This document shows, one piece after another, positions 34,244-43,255 of a stretch of DNA of 64,000 nt (position 1 is the stretch's first letter; every line of letters starts with the position of its first letter). Location: IMG/VR virus record IMGVR_UViG_3300030737_000007, positions 27,895 through 91,894 of that record; one strand, 5' to 3'. The notes under the pieces are model-generated. The model was not told the origin of the DNA and did no database searches. It worked only from the letters and a program-made list of their open reading frames with translations. The stretch is from a virus. The position numbers were made by a program, and so were the translations under genes.

Positions 34244-35493
34244 TGCCGATTGCCGCGCACAGCGTTTCAGAAATTTTAGGGATCGGAAGCCTTCTAACTC
34301 TTGTCGGAGGAAGTTTATTCGCGTGGGCTAAAGGGCTACCAGTTCAGGTTACTAACTTCGTGTTGAACAAGTTTACGGTTGGGGTTACGATAAGAGATAC
34401 AGATCCCTTGTTTCCGAGCGTACTTTTGTTGTCGCAAAAGCAAGAAAATATGAAAAGTTGCCGTCGGCTATTGGTTGAGTCTGAGCAGTTAAATTCAGAC
34501 GCGTGGACTGCGGCTTCCCTTAGTTTGGCCAGAAATACCAAAGGAAGGATACTGTTTACAAGGGCACCCGGTAAACACGTTTTTCGCTACAAAGATCAAT
34601 GGGTATTCTTTACTAGAATCGTAGACGATAAGAAGACGGGGATCGGGCGCAATGTCGAGCAAATTTTCATGAGGACGATCGGAAGAAATAGGTCGTTGTT
34701 AGAGGCCTTGTTCGCAGAAGCTAAATCCGAAGTAGATAAAACTAGATCAAACAGTCTGAATATACGCGTCTCGAACGGGGAAGGTCAGTGGTCGTACATC
34801 GCTGGATGCGGAAAGAGATCTCTGGATTCTGTGGTTCTTAGGGGCGAATTTCTAGAGAAAATAAAGAGAGATATAGAGGTTTTTATCGCCAATGAAGATT
34901 TTTATCGGTCCACTGGGACTCCCTACCACCGTGGATATCTGCTAGAAGGACCTCCCGGTAGCGGCAAGTCTTCCTTAGTTCAGGCACTAGCTACTCACTT
35001 CGACAAGAGCCTGTTTGTCCTGTGCCTAAATGAAATACACAGTGATGCGAAGTTACGACAATTAGTGGGCGCTGTTCCTGAAGATAGTTTTCTGCTGATC
35101 GAAGATGTGGACGCTTCTGCTTCTACGGTTTCACGCAAAAAAGATGATAGTTCGGAAGACAACGAAGACAGGATATTCACCAGGGGGCCGTCGTTAGCTG
35201 GGTTCTTGAACGTTTTAGACGGAATTTTTGCCAAGAATAAGTTGCTCGTGTTTATGACGACGAACTACCCAGACCAACTCGACGCGGCCCTCGTCCGCCC
35301 AGGAAGAATTGACATGCGTATTCGGCTTGATAACGCCGTTCCAGAGCAGGCGGCGCGGTTGTATCAAAAATTCTTTCCGACTGCTTCCATCGGAGAAGCA
35401 AATGTTTTTGCAGAACAAACAGAAGGTAATAACGTTTCGATGGCGTCACTTCAAGAACAACTCATCAAAAAAGTTCTCGGAGGTGTAGTGTAG
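34243..35493 (+). CDS. BCS1-like AAA ATPase with N-terminal TM and BCS1_N-like domain
   Basis: PGKHVFRY, FY...G.PYHRGYLL.GPPGSGKSS, IEDVD, MTTN....LD.ALVRPGRID. Confidence 0.85.
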   Translation: MPIAAHSVSEILGIGSLLTLVGGSLFAWAKGLPVQVTNFVLNKFTVGVTIRDTDPLFPSVLLLSQKQENMKSCRRLLVESEQLNSDAWTAASLSLARNTKGRILFTRAPGKHVFRYKDQWVFFTRIVDDKKTGIGRNVEQIFMRTIGRNRSLLEALFAEAKSEVDKTRSNSLNIRVSNGEGQWSYIAGCGKRSLDSVVLRGEFLEKIKRDIEVFIANEDFYRSTGTPYHRGYLLEGPPGSGKSSLVQALATHFDKSLFVLCLNEIHSDAKLRQLVGAVPEDSFLLIEDVDASASTVSRKKDDSSEDNEDRIFTRGPSLAGFLNVLDGIFAKNKLLVFMTTNYPDQLDAALVRPGRIDMRIRLDNAVPEQAARLYQKFFPTASIGEANVFAEQTEGNNVSMASLQEQLIKKVLGGVV

Positions 35494-36131
35494 TGGCTAT
35501 ACGCGAAGAAATCGACGACCTCCTAGAGCAGATCAACTCCCACCAGATCCGGCTATCCCACAGCTACGCCCGGCTCGGGGGTATGCTCTCCGAGGTAGAG
35601 AAGTCCAAAGAGTGGGTGAACTGGGGCTTCGAGAGTTTCCCGCGCTACATGGCGTACGTGGGGGAGAAAATTGACCGGCGGAAGTCCCAGATGTACGCGG
35701 TGCTGTCCGTCGCAACCGACCTGCTGCCGTACCTGACCGAAGAGAAACTGGAAGCGATCGGGATCACCAAGGCACACGAGCTCCGGCGGTTTGTGAACAC
35801 CTCGGGGCTGCGACCAGACGTGTTGCTACACGGAGGCGATGTCCAGCTAATGGAATTCGCCGCGGACCCCAAGGTAACGGCGGCCCAGCTCAGGGTGGAA
35901 GTGAACAAACTACTCCACCAGGATGAAGACCCCCAAGGTCTCTGGTACGACCTCAAGGGCTGCTACTTCACGGTAGAAGAGAAGAAGACATGGGAGCGGG
36001 CGGTCGAGCTGGGCAAGCAGATGGCCGAGGTAGCAAGCAGTACCTCGGAACACGGACAACTCAAGGCTGCGCTGCTGCTGATGGCGCAGGAAGTAATTGG
36101 AAGCTGGGAACCGGAGATGATAAGCGCATGA
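35493..36131 (+). CDS. hypothetical DNA-binding protein
   Basis: LG..L.......W...GF.SF..Y pattern; IGITKA. Confidence 0.6.
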   Translation: MAIREEIDDLLEQINSHQIRLSHSYARLGGMLSEVEKSKEWVNWGFESFPRYMAYVGEKIDRRKSQMYAVLSVATDLLPYLTEEKLEAIGITKAHELRRFVNTSGLRPDVLLHGGDVQLMEFAADPKVTAAQLRVEVNKLLHQDEDPQGLWYDLKGCYFTVEEKKTWERAVELGKQMAEVASSTSEHGQLKAALLLMAQEVIGSWEPEMISA

Positions 36132-36319
36132 ACGGCTGGATCAGCGTAGAAGATCAATTACCAAAATTTTGCGAAGATGTCATCATCTCTAACGGTAAAA
36201 AGACGTTCGTCGCTCAGTTACACCACTTTGGTAGCCATCAACCTGAGTTCAGTCTGGACGGAATGTACCCGTGTTCGGGATTCACCCACTGGCAACCGCT
36301 TCCCGAGCCGCACAAATGA
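36128..36319 (+). CDS. DUF551 protein
   Basis: WISVEDQLP...THWQPLPEP. Confidence 0.8.
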   Translation: MNGWISVEDQLPKFCEDVIISNGKKTFVAQLHHFGSHQPEFSLDGMYPCSGFTHWQPLPEPHK

Positions 36320-36711
36320 GTTACGGGTGGGCAGAATTTGACGAAGCAGCAGACGAAGCGGGATCCAAGATAGTCCGGGTAGAACTGGGCGCGAACGGCC
36401 TCCCGATCCGGATCTTCCGCAAAGACCACGAGTACCTTCAGTGTCCGGAACAGTGGCTGGGGATCATGACCAAGAAGGAAGCGGTCGGGAGTATTCGCCG
36501 CCAGGTGTTTGACCGCTGCGACGGGAAATGCGAGCAGTGCGAGCGGTATATTACGTGGGAGAGTTTTGAATTGCATGAGAAAGTTTTCAAGGGTAAAGGC
36601 GGCGAGGTCTCACTGGAGAACTCCGTCGCACTCTGTAATCACTGCCATCAGTCCGGCCCCAACGCAGCACACCGAGACAGACGCTGGCAATCGGCGAAGC
36701 TGAGGAACTAA
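36316..36711 (+). CDS. HNH endonuclease-like protein
   Basis: VFDRC.G.CEQC...ELHE.....GG.....N..ALCNHCH. Confidence 0.75.
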   Translation: MSYGWAEFDEAADEAGSKIVRVELGANGLPIRIFRKDHEYLQCPEQWLGIMTKKEAVGSIRRQVFDRCDGKCEQCERYITWESFELHEKVFKGKGGEVSLENSVALCNHCHQSGPNAAHRDRRWQSAKLRN

Positions 36712-37187
36712 TGAACCTGGAAGATTTCAAACCCACGATCGCCGGTATTCTGGTCAAGCTGAAGGTACCCTCGGCCCAGAAAGAAGACATGGCCCAAGAG
36801 TGCTACATAGAGCTCCTTGAAAAACAGGAACTGGTGGCCGCCGCAGACTTCCCATACAGCTACGCAGAGTCGCTGTGCAAGAACCGGATCTTCGACATCT
36901 GGCGCGCGCAGGAGCGGAAGATACCTACCGAGAGCCTGAGCGATCCCCGTGTTTTACACAAGGCCGCCAAGGTGCCGATTTACGAGCAGTTCGGGGTATC
37001 GGACGAGAGTATGCAGGAGGCGCTCAGCACCCTGTCCGAGGACGAGCGCGCCGTGGTGGACCGGCTATACGTCCAAGGGTACTCCAGGTTCGAGACGGCG
37101 GCGGTGCTGAACATTCATCTGAACACAGTAGACAATCGGGTCAAGTCAGCGGTAGTGAAATTGAAGATGTATTTCGGGGTTGCGTAA
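36711..37187 (+). CDS. ECF-like sigma-70 factor
   Basis: EDMAQE.YI.L region 2; LS.DER.V....Y.QG.S..ETA..L.I...TV region 4. Confidence 0.85.
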   Translation: MNLEDFKPTIAGILVKLKVPSAQKEDMAQECYIELLEKQELVAAADFPYSYAESLCKNRIFDIWRAQERKIPTESLSDPRVLHKAAKVPIYEQFGVSDESMQEALSTLSEDERAVVDRLYVQGYSRFETAAVLNIHLNTVDNRVKSAVVKLKMYFGVA

Positions 37188-37489
37188 TGGGCGTCCGCAC
37201 AACTCTCACAATTACCTGCGATTATTCTGAGTGCAAGGGTAGACAGACGGGCCCTTCGGTGATAGAATGGGTTCAAGAAGACATCAAAGCAGGCGCTCCG
37301 CTTCCTCCCGCCGCCGCTAGTATTGTGAGCATGGACTTGAACGGGACGAAGCTGGCGTTTTGCAAGTTGCTGTGCGCGGCCCGGTTCTTCGCGCCGCCCG
37401 GGTTTGAAGTGGTTCAGAAGAAGGTTATTGATTTTCCAGATAATGGAAATTTCCCAGGAGAGCCGGATGAAAGTGTCGCCTCAAGTTGA
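37187..37489 (+). CDS. hypothetical Zn-binding protein
   Basis: ITCD..EC...FCK..C. Confidence 0.6.
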   Translation: MGVRTTLTITCDYSECKGRQTGPSVIEWVQEDIKAGAPLPPAAASIVSMDLNGTKLAFCKLLCAARFFAPPGFEVVQKKVIDFPDNGNFPGEPDESVASS

Positions 37490-37630
37490 CAGGGTCGCCC
37501 GAGCAATCTGCAAGTCTGAAGGGTTCTCTTTCTGGCCGCTGGATATGATCGAGCCGGATAGCGGGGACCTCGCAATGGTCGAGCACTTTTACACGGCGGC
37601 GCAGGCTGCTATAGAAGCGATGGAGGTTGA

Positions 37631-37996
37631 GTGACCGCATCAGAATTTTCCCGGGGAGTAATGGCGCAAGCGGCGTGGCAGGCTGCGCAGAACGAAACCC
37701 ACCAGGTCATGCTGTCTGTCCTCATGGTGTTCAAGAATCGGGCCGAAGCGGGTTGGTTCGACGGCTCACTCTACCTAAACTGTGCGCAGTGGCTCATCGA
37801 GAACCCGCCAAAGGCTATGCCAGATGAGCGCGACCCTCAGTTCTTGAATCTGCTGTCCAAGCTGGACGGAGTAGTAGCCGGGCTGGTGCCGGACAAAGTG
37901 GCGGGGGCGTTGTGGTTCGCGCCCAAGTCAGAGTGTGAAGCGATCGCGGGCCGGATCGTAGCAACTGTCGGGCAAATGAACTTTATATCTCAGTAG
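37631..37996 (+). CDS. SleB/Hydrolase_2-like protein (divergent)
   Basis: AAQNE...M.SV..V..NR, D...GALWF, G...F. Confidence 0.5.
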   Translation: MTASEFSRGVMAQAAWQAAQNETHQVMLSVLMVFKNRAEAGWFDGSLYLNCAQWLIENPPKAMPDERDPQFLNLLSKLDGVVAGLVPDKVAGALWFAPKSECEAIAGRIVATVGQMNFISQ

Positions 37997-38004
37997 GAGG
38001 AAAC

Positions 38005-38269
38005 ATGGCAGCTAAGAAGAAGGCAGCACCAGTTGACCCGTTCCAAGAGTACGAGCAGCGACTGGGGAAACTGGAAGAGCAGCTACAGGATTTAGACGAG
38101 GGTGTGGCTCACAATTTCATGGCTCATGATGATCTGATTGACGGTCTTCGCGAAGACCTGGCCCGTAGAAGACAAAGCAATCGCCGAGGTAACTGCTCCT
38201 GCCTGGTTTACGATCTTGGGTTTTGTGGCTCTGGTTGTGGTGGGAGTCTACCTACTAACGCATCTTTAG
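38005..38269 (+). pseudogene. coiled-coil plus C-terminal TM protein with an apparent +1 frameshift
   Basis: Frame 0 gives ...REDLA; the +1 frame from 38165 gives VEDKAIAEVTAPAWFTILGFVALVVVGVYLLTHL*, ending just before the next gene's RBS. Confidence 0.55.
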
Positions 38270-38278
38270 GAGACCGCG

Positions 38279-38443
38279 GTGCCGATTTTCAGCTACGAGT
38301 GCAAGTCCTGCAATTCTCAATTTGAGAAACTTGTCCGGAAAATGGACAAGCCTGTTGAGTGCCCAAAGTGCGGCCAACCCGCAGAACAAGTATGGAGTAC
38401 TCCGTCTCCTATGGTATGGGGCCGGGGTGGAAGAGGGTTCTAA
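38279..38443 (+). CDS. FmdB-like zinc-ribbon protein
   Basis: MPIFSYECKSCNSQFEKLVRKMDKPVECPKCG...; AGGAG RBS. Confidence 0.8.
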   Translation: MPIFSYECKSCNSQFEKLVRKMDKPVECPKCGQPAEQVWSTPSPMVWGRGGRGF

Positions 38444-38741
38444 TGAGTGATAGAAGTTTCGGTAAATCATGCGCCACGAGCGACCAACAAGAAGACTTCC
38501 ACGCCTTCCACCGTCACAAGGATTTTCACGGATGCGAAATCCGGCTAGAAAAATCCGATGCGCACGGAGACGCGCTTCGTCATCTGGTAAAAGGGGCCGC
38601 TACTTGGCCGACGGTTAGGAGCTATCCAGACGGCCTCAAGGTCGGATGTACTTTCCTCACCAGTGCGGCGTTGGAGTTGATCTATAGGTGGCATGAAGAC
38701 TTTCTTGTTACAAACAACACCCGCACCCACCAGGGGTAGTT

Positions 38742-39176
38742 ATGCCCAAGCCTAAGACGAAAGCACAACTCGACCGCGCGGCTGACCTGCACCGGCAAAA
38801 GAAGTATGGGGTCGGTTTGGATTATTACGATAAGCAGCTCGACGCCCAGAGCGGCGGGTGCGCAGTGTGCGGAGTTCCTCCAGGCGCGAGACGGCTCCAC
38901 ATTGACCATGATCACGGCTGGACAAAGATCAGGGTCGAGTCGGTAAAGATTTCTGAGGCTTGGGCAGCGCGCGCTACCTACAACGGGACTTTATATCTAG
39001 GCGGCGGACGGACCAAGTCCCACGCGATCCGGGCCGTCAAGGCGCAACTTAAGAAGTCTAGTGTACGCGGGCTACTTTGCTATCAACACAACGTCGGGCT
39101 CCAGAAGTTTCAGGACAACCCTAAGTACTTACGTGCGGCGGCCCAGTACCTAGAGAACCACCAGGAGGCAGCATGA
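38742..39176 (+). CDS. endonuclease VII-like protein
   Basis: KYG...Y.....Q.G.CAVC...L.IDHDH...VRGLLC...N.GL..F.DN. Confidence 0.85.
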   Translation: MPKPKTKAQLDRAADLHRQKKYGVGLDYYDKQLDAQSGGCAVCGVPPGARRLHIDHDHGWTKIRVESVKISEAWAARATYNGTLYLGGGRTKSHAIRAVKAQLKKSSVRGLLCYQHNVGLQKFQDNPKYLRAAAQYLENHQEAA

Positions 39177-39469
39177 AAAATCTTTTCGAAGGTTACGGTT
39201 TAGGAATTATATTTGTTTTAGGCTTCGTGTTATTCATGTGGGGGTTCCGTCCTCTCGTTTTTCCACGAACTGAAAATTGGGACACGGTGCGCGGGGAAGA
39301 GACCCGATACTGGGTCGGCAATCAGGACTGCGGAGAGGTGGACGACGACACGATATTGGGATTTTGGGGAGGTTACTCTGATCCTCCAATCTGGGTCGGT
39401 CTGGGTGACTATTCTCATTATCAAACAAAAGAACAAGCAATGCGCGCCGTCGAAGCGAGTTGCAAATGA
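39173..39469 (+). CDS. membrane-anchored hypothetical protein
   Basis: N-terminal TM; lower GC. Confidence 0.65.
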   Translation: MKNLFEGYGLGIIFVLGFVLFMWGFRPLVFPRTENWDTVRGEETRYWVGNQDCGEVDDDTILGFWGGYSDPPIWVGLGDYSHYQTKEQAMRAVEASCK

Positions 39470-39954
39470 AAAAGTTTGTGTTCTTTCTAGTTTTTGTGCT
39501 TGGCGTTCTATCGGGGTTCTCAATTTACGTGTACCATTTTCACAACTTACGCGCACCAGTAGTGACTAGCAATAACGAAGTGCTATTGCCGCCTCCGACT
39601 TATTTGGACGTTCGGGGCGATCGCTGGCTAGTTTGGGAATCGAATCTATCATCCGCCTCTCCAGCGAGCGGTACCGGAAGCAGGGTTCAGGCAGATACAG
39701 ATTGCGAATGGAAAGAGATACGGTACGACGCGAAAGCCATTAACTCTCAAGATGAGTTTCGAGAGGTTTTGTGGCATGAGGTTCTGCACGCCGAGCACTG
39801 CGGTATAACAGCCGACAGCATTGAGGCTTCTAATTGGGGTCCAGATACGAAAGATATACGAGAACACGCCAGCGTATATGAGGTCGGCATGTTCCTACCT
39901 GGGTTTGTCCACGACAACCCTGACTTTATGAAATGGGCGGAGGACTGGAAATGA
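39466..39954 (+). CDS. membrane-anchored HExxH metallopeptidase-like protein
   Basis: N-terminal TM; LWHEVLHA. Confidence 0.65.
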   Translation: MKKFVFFLVFVLGVLSGFSIYVYHFHNLRAPVVTSNNEVLLPPPTYLDVRGDRWLVWESNLSSASPASGTGSRVQADTDCEWKEIRYDAKAINSQDEFREVLWHEVLHAEHCGITADSIEASNWGPDTKDIREHASVYEVGMFLPGFVHDNPDFMKWAEDWK

Positions 39955-40349
39955 GCCACACAACACGAGTAGAACGCCACGCAGCCGTAGACATCATTTC
40001 CTCCGCAGCCGGTGGAGCCTTGGTCGCCGCAGTCCTTCAGAAGTCCTGGCTCTGCGCGCTGGTAGCTGTAGTACTGGGTGCGGCAGTTTACATCTTTGAC
40101 CGGATGAGCATAGAGGAAGACGAGATTGAGTTTGACCCGGAGCCGGACATTCGGTTGATGAACCTGCCTCCGCTACAACCTTACGAGCGTATTCCGCCGC
40201 GCATCTACAAGCGGATCATGTTTGAGGCCGATCGCGACACCGAGGGAATCCAGTCCGACCAGCCGCTGCTGACCTACCACAACGGGCTGCAAGACGGCGT
40301 GATCACCTTCGCGCAGTGGCTAAAAGAAGAGATTGAGGTTTCCAGATAA
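39951..40349 (+). CDS. membrane hypothetical protein
   Basis: Two TM segments; stop inside motif A. Confidence 0.6.
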   Translation: MSHTTRVERHAAVDIISSAAGGALVAAVLQKSWLCALVAVVLGAAVYIFDRMSIEEDEIEFDPEPDIRLMNLPPLQPYERIPPRIYKRIMFEADRDTEGIQSDQPLLTYHNGLQDGVITFAQWLKEEIEVSR

Positions 40350-40642
40350 TGGACGCGATTAGACCAGTATTTTCGGGCCCCATCGGGGAGCCGACCGTAG
40401 ACTTGAACATGGGTGCAGGACAGGAACAATATAACACCCTGCCGGTAACTGCTATCCGCCGCAATGACGGGGGCGGTGACTACTTCGTATCTCTCAGCCG
40501 CTGGGTCCTTACACCGGAAGAGCGTCAAGTTATCGCGAGTGGTGGCGATATTATCCACCAAGTGATCCACGCGATAGGGGCCTACCCACCGATGAACCTA
40601 CAAGTAGTGGAATCAGATCAGAACCCCGCCGTCGCGCGATAG
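40349..40642 (+). CDS. hypothetical protein
   Basis: Q.QY..LP....W..TPEER..I..GG.I. Confidence 0.7.
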   Translation: MDAIRPVFSGPIGEPTVDLNMGAGQEQYNTLPVTAIRRNDGGGDYFVSLSRWVLTPEERQVIASGGDIIHQVIHAIGAYPPMNLQVVESDQNPAVAR

Positions 40643-40649
40643 GAGACCA

Positions 40650-41936
40650 ATGCCTAAAACAATTCAAGTGCCGCTGGAACTAAAGCTGGAGATACGCAAA
40701 CACCACGCTGCGTTCCCGGAAGTATCGGCCCGCAAGATCGCAAAGCTATTCGGGTTGCACCATAAGACGGTGAGCCGGATCCTGAAGGACGAGCCTCGGG
40801 GCGACTGGCCGCGGGGAATTGAGGTTCCGTATAACGCGCCAGAGCTGACGGAGAAGTCGGAACTCAACGACGACACTTGGACGATCTCGATGCCGAAGAC
40901 TCGGATCCAAACCTTGGAGGAGTTGCTTGAGCATTGCAAGGTAGACTTAGCCCTGTGGTCCGTGGATAGATTCGTTTGCAATAAATGGGAAATGGGAGCC
41001 AAGGACGAGACGGGAAAGATCGTAGTCGAACCCTTATTCCAAATCAAGGTCTTCCTCAAAAAGCGCAAGGAAGTAGAAGCCGCGCGAAACGAAATCGCAG
41101 AACTCAAGCTGTTGGCCGCCGAGCATCCGTGGCCGATCGAGAAATACAAGCCACACCCACCCACTGGTCTGCTCCTGGAACTTAATCTGCCGGATCTTCA
41201 TCTAGGCAAGCTCGCCTGGGCCGTGGAGACTGGCGGACCCAACTACGACGTGAAGATCGCGGAATCCACTTTCTGGAGAGCGTTCGAAACGCTTCTGAGC
41301 CGTGTGTCCGCGTTTCAGTTTGACGAGATTCTGTTCGTGCTCGGTAACGATGTGCTCCATAGCGACGACATCGAAGGACGTACCACCGCTGGTACACAGG
41401 TCAATCCGGACGCGCGCTACCACAAGACGTTCGCGACCGCCCGCACGATGTTCATCAAGGCTATTCAAAGACTGACGGAGATCGCACCAGTCAAAGTGGT
41501 ACCTTGCTATGGGAACCATGACAGGCTCAGCGCGTGGCATCTTGCAGATAGCATCGAGATGTTCTTCTCGAACGATGCCTCTGTGTCCGTGGACAACCGC
41601 CCGCGTTCCCGGAAGTATCACAACTTCGGGAAGGTCATGCTCTGTTTTACCCACGGCGACAAAGGGAAGAGAACAGACTACCCTTTGACGATGGCTACTG
41701 AGGAACCTGAGATGTTTGGCCGCACCCTCTTCCGCGAGTGCCACACCGGGCACACTCACATGACGAAACTAGACGAACAACACGGCGTCCGAGTTCGGGT
41801 ACTTCCGGCGTTGTGCCCCGCGGATGCCTGGCACAGCGAGAACGGGTACATCGGGAATAAGCGCAGCGCCGAAGCCTATGTCTGGGACAAGAACGAGGGT
41901 TTGATTTCAGTGGTTTATCACACGGAGAAGGATTAG
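40650..41936 (+). CDS. HTH + calcineurin-like metallophosphoesterase
   Basis: ARKIAKLFGLH.KTVSR HTH; DLH, GND, GNHD, THG, GHTH. Confidence 0.88.
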   Translation: MPKTIQVPLELKLEIRKHHAAFPEVSARKIAKLFGLHHKTVSRILKDEPRGDWPRGIEVPYNAPELTEKSELNDDTWTISMPKTRIQTLEELLEHCKVDLALWSVDRFVCNKWEMGAKDETGKIVVEPLFQIKVFLKKRKEVEAARNEIAELKLLAAEHPWPIEKYKPHPPTGLLLELNLPDLHLGKLAWAVETGGPNYDVKIAESTFWRAFETLLSRVSAFQFDEILFVLGNDVLHSDDIEGRTTAGTQVNPDARYHKTFATARTMFIKAIQRLTEIAPVKVVPCYGNHDRLSAWHLADSIEMFFSNDASVSVDNRPRSRKYHNFGKVMLCFTHGDKGKRTDYPLTMATEEPEMFGRTLFRECHTGHTHMTKLDEQHGVRVRVLPALCPADAWHSENGYIGNKRSAEAYVWDKNEGLISVVYHTEKD

Positions 41937-42152
41937 ATGGCAGCAAACGACAAGCAAATCTCCGGCAACCACTACAAGAACAAAGGTATTGAACCGTGGG
42001 ATTACGTAGCCGCAAACGGACTAGACTACTTCCAAGGAAACGCGATCAAATACATCACTAGGTTCCGGGAGAAGGGCGGCATCCGAGACTTGGAGAAGGC
42101 CATTCATTTTTTGGAGAAATTAATAGAACTAGAGAAGGAAAAAACACCATGA
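41937..42152 (+). CDS. DUF3310 protein
   Basis: HY...IEP.D......GNAIKY..R...KGG..DL.KA. Confidence 0.85.
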   Translation: MAANDKQISGNHYKNKGIEPWDYVAANGLDYFQGNAIKYITRFREKGGIRDLEKAIHFLEKLIELEKEKTP

Positions 42153-42379
42153 AAGACTTACTACTCCGCGCCAAACACGAAATCGTCGCTCTCCGCCGAA
42201 GCAACGAACTGCTGTCCGCCCAGATGGAAATCGTCCAAGTCTTTGCGGTCGCTTTGGGGATCAGGCCACAGAACCAAGGGGCTTGCGTAGATGTAGCATG
42301 GGAGTTACAGCGAGAGATCGACAAGCTGGAAGCCGCGCCTACCCACACCGGCAATACCCCGCACGAGTTCTACCCGTAA
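42149..42379 (+). CDS. hypothetical protein
   Basis: Last plus-strand gene before the convergence point. Confidence 0.65.
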   Translation: MKDLLLRAKHEIVALRRSNELLSAQMEIVQVFAVALGIRPQNQGACVDVAWELQREIDKLEAAPTHTGNTPHEFYP

Positions 42380-42399
42380 TTCCACTATCTGGACGCACG

Positions 42400-42436
42400 A
42401 AAAAGCCCCTCCTCCCTGTAACAGGGGAAGAGGGGC
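42400..42436 (-). terminator. intrinsic terminator at the convergence of the two transcription blocks
   Basis: AAAAA followed by GCCCCTCCTCCCTGT / ACAGGGGAAGAGGGGC hairpin. Confidence 0.75.
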
Positions 42437-42454
42437 GACGTGTTTCTGGGCTAG

Positions 42455-43255
42455 TTAGCGGACGTACTCTGAGGGGTTAGCGTACCCGAGCGCAGTACTT
42501 GGGGCCGAAGGTGCCGGTAGCGGCCTCGTGTCGATCGTGGGCTTCGAGATGAAGTCGAGAGCGCGCTGAAGCGGGTGTCCGTTGAAGATGGTGTGTTGCG
42601 CGAGCCAGCTATCGGTAGAAGCCGCCGGGTTGTGTTGGGCCGCCGGTACGCGCTGGAGCTCCTGGATTGGGCGCTCCAAGGTGGTCTTGGTCTTGTCCCA
42701 CTGGGCGAGTTCGGCCTGCGACATGTGCGGATGCAACTTGCTCTGGGCTGTGGTCAGGTCCTCCACAATGCGGGCCTGTTGCTCACGGTTCAACTTCCCT
42801 AGCTCGGTGTGGTTCTTTGCTAAGCCTTCTACCCCGCCGTAATCGTACTTTCCGGTGGGACCGGCAGGGTGCGGGGCGTTGTCAAGAGCATCCAAGTTCT
42901 GCTGAAAGTCGGAGTTACGAGAGAACTGGAAGTTATGAGTGGTCTCGTGGGCGGCGACGGAGGGAGTATAGAGATTGGGGGTTACGACTTGCACGTTGGA
43001 GGTAGGGTGGTTGGCCGCATCCACGAAGGCAAGTTCTACGAGACGAGGATCAGCCATACTACGATCCGGCGCAGACTGTACCGCGACGGGGCGGCCAACG
43101 GCGTCGCTTACCCAGTACGGCTCCCCGGCGTTCGTGGTCTGCTGGATGGTATAACCGGCGGGCGGCTTGGGTTGAAGCTGGTACCCCGCCGGAGGTGTGG
43201 GCGGCCCGTCCAAGGTGCCGCCAATAGGTTGGGTAGTTCCGACCGGATCAGCCAT
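42455..43255 (-). CDS. putative virion protein with zincin-like HExxH domain
   Basis: PPAGY repeats at the N-terminus; AAHETTH; downstream EQQA. Confidence 0.6.
   Translation of the reverse strand: MADPVGTTQPIGGTLDGPPTPPAGYQLQPKPPAGYTIQQTTNAGEPYWVSDAVGRPVAVQSAPDRSMADPRLVELAFVDAANHPTSNVQVVTPNLYTPSVAAHETTHNFQFSRNSDFQQNLDALDNAPHPAGPTGKYDYGGVEGLAKNHTELGKLNREQQARIVEDLTTAQSKLHPHMSQAELAQWDKTKTTLERPIQELQRVPAAQHNPAASTDSWLAQHTIFNGHPLQRALDFISKPTIDTRPLPAPSAPSTALGYANPSEYVR

Larger units (their letters stand above)
5824..38328. repeat. dispersed 15-bp palindrome motif B, TTCTCANNTTGAGAA (6 copies)
   Basis: Starts at 5824, 9448, 14367, 20150, 31050, 38314. Confidence 0.88.
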
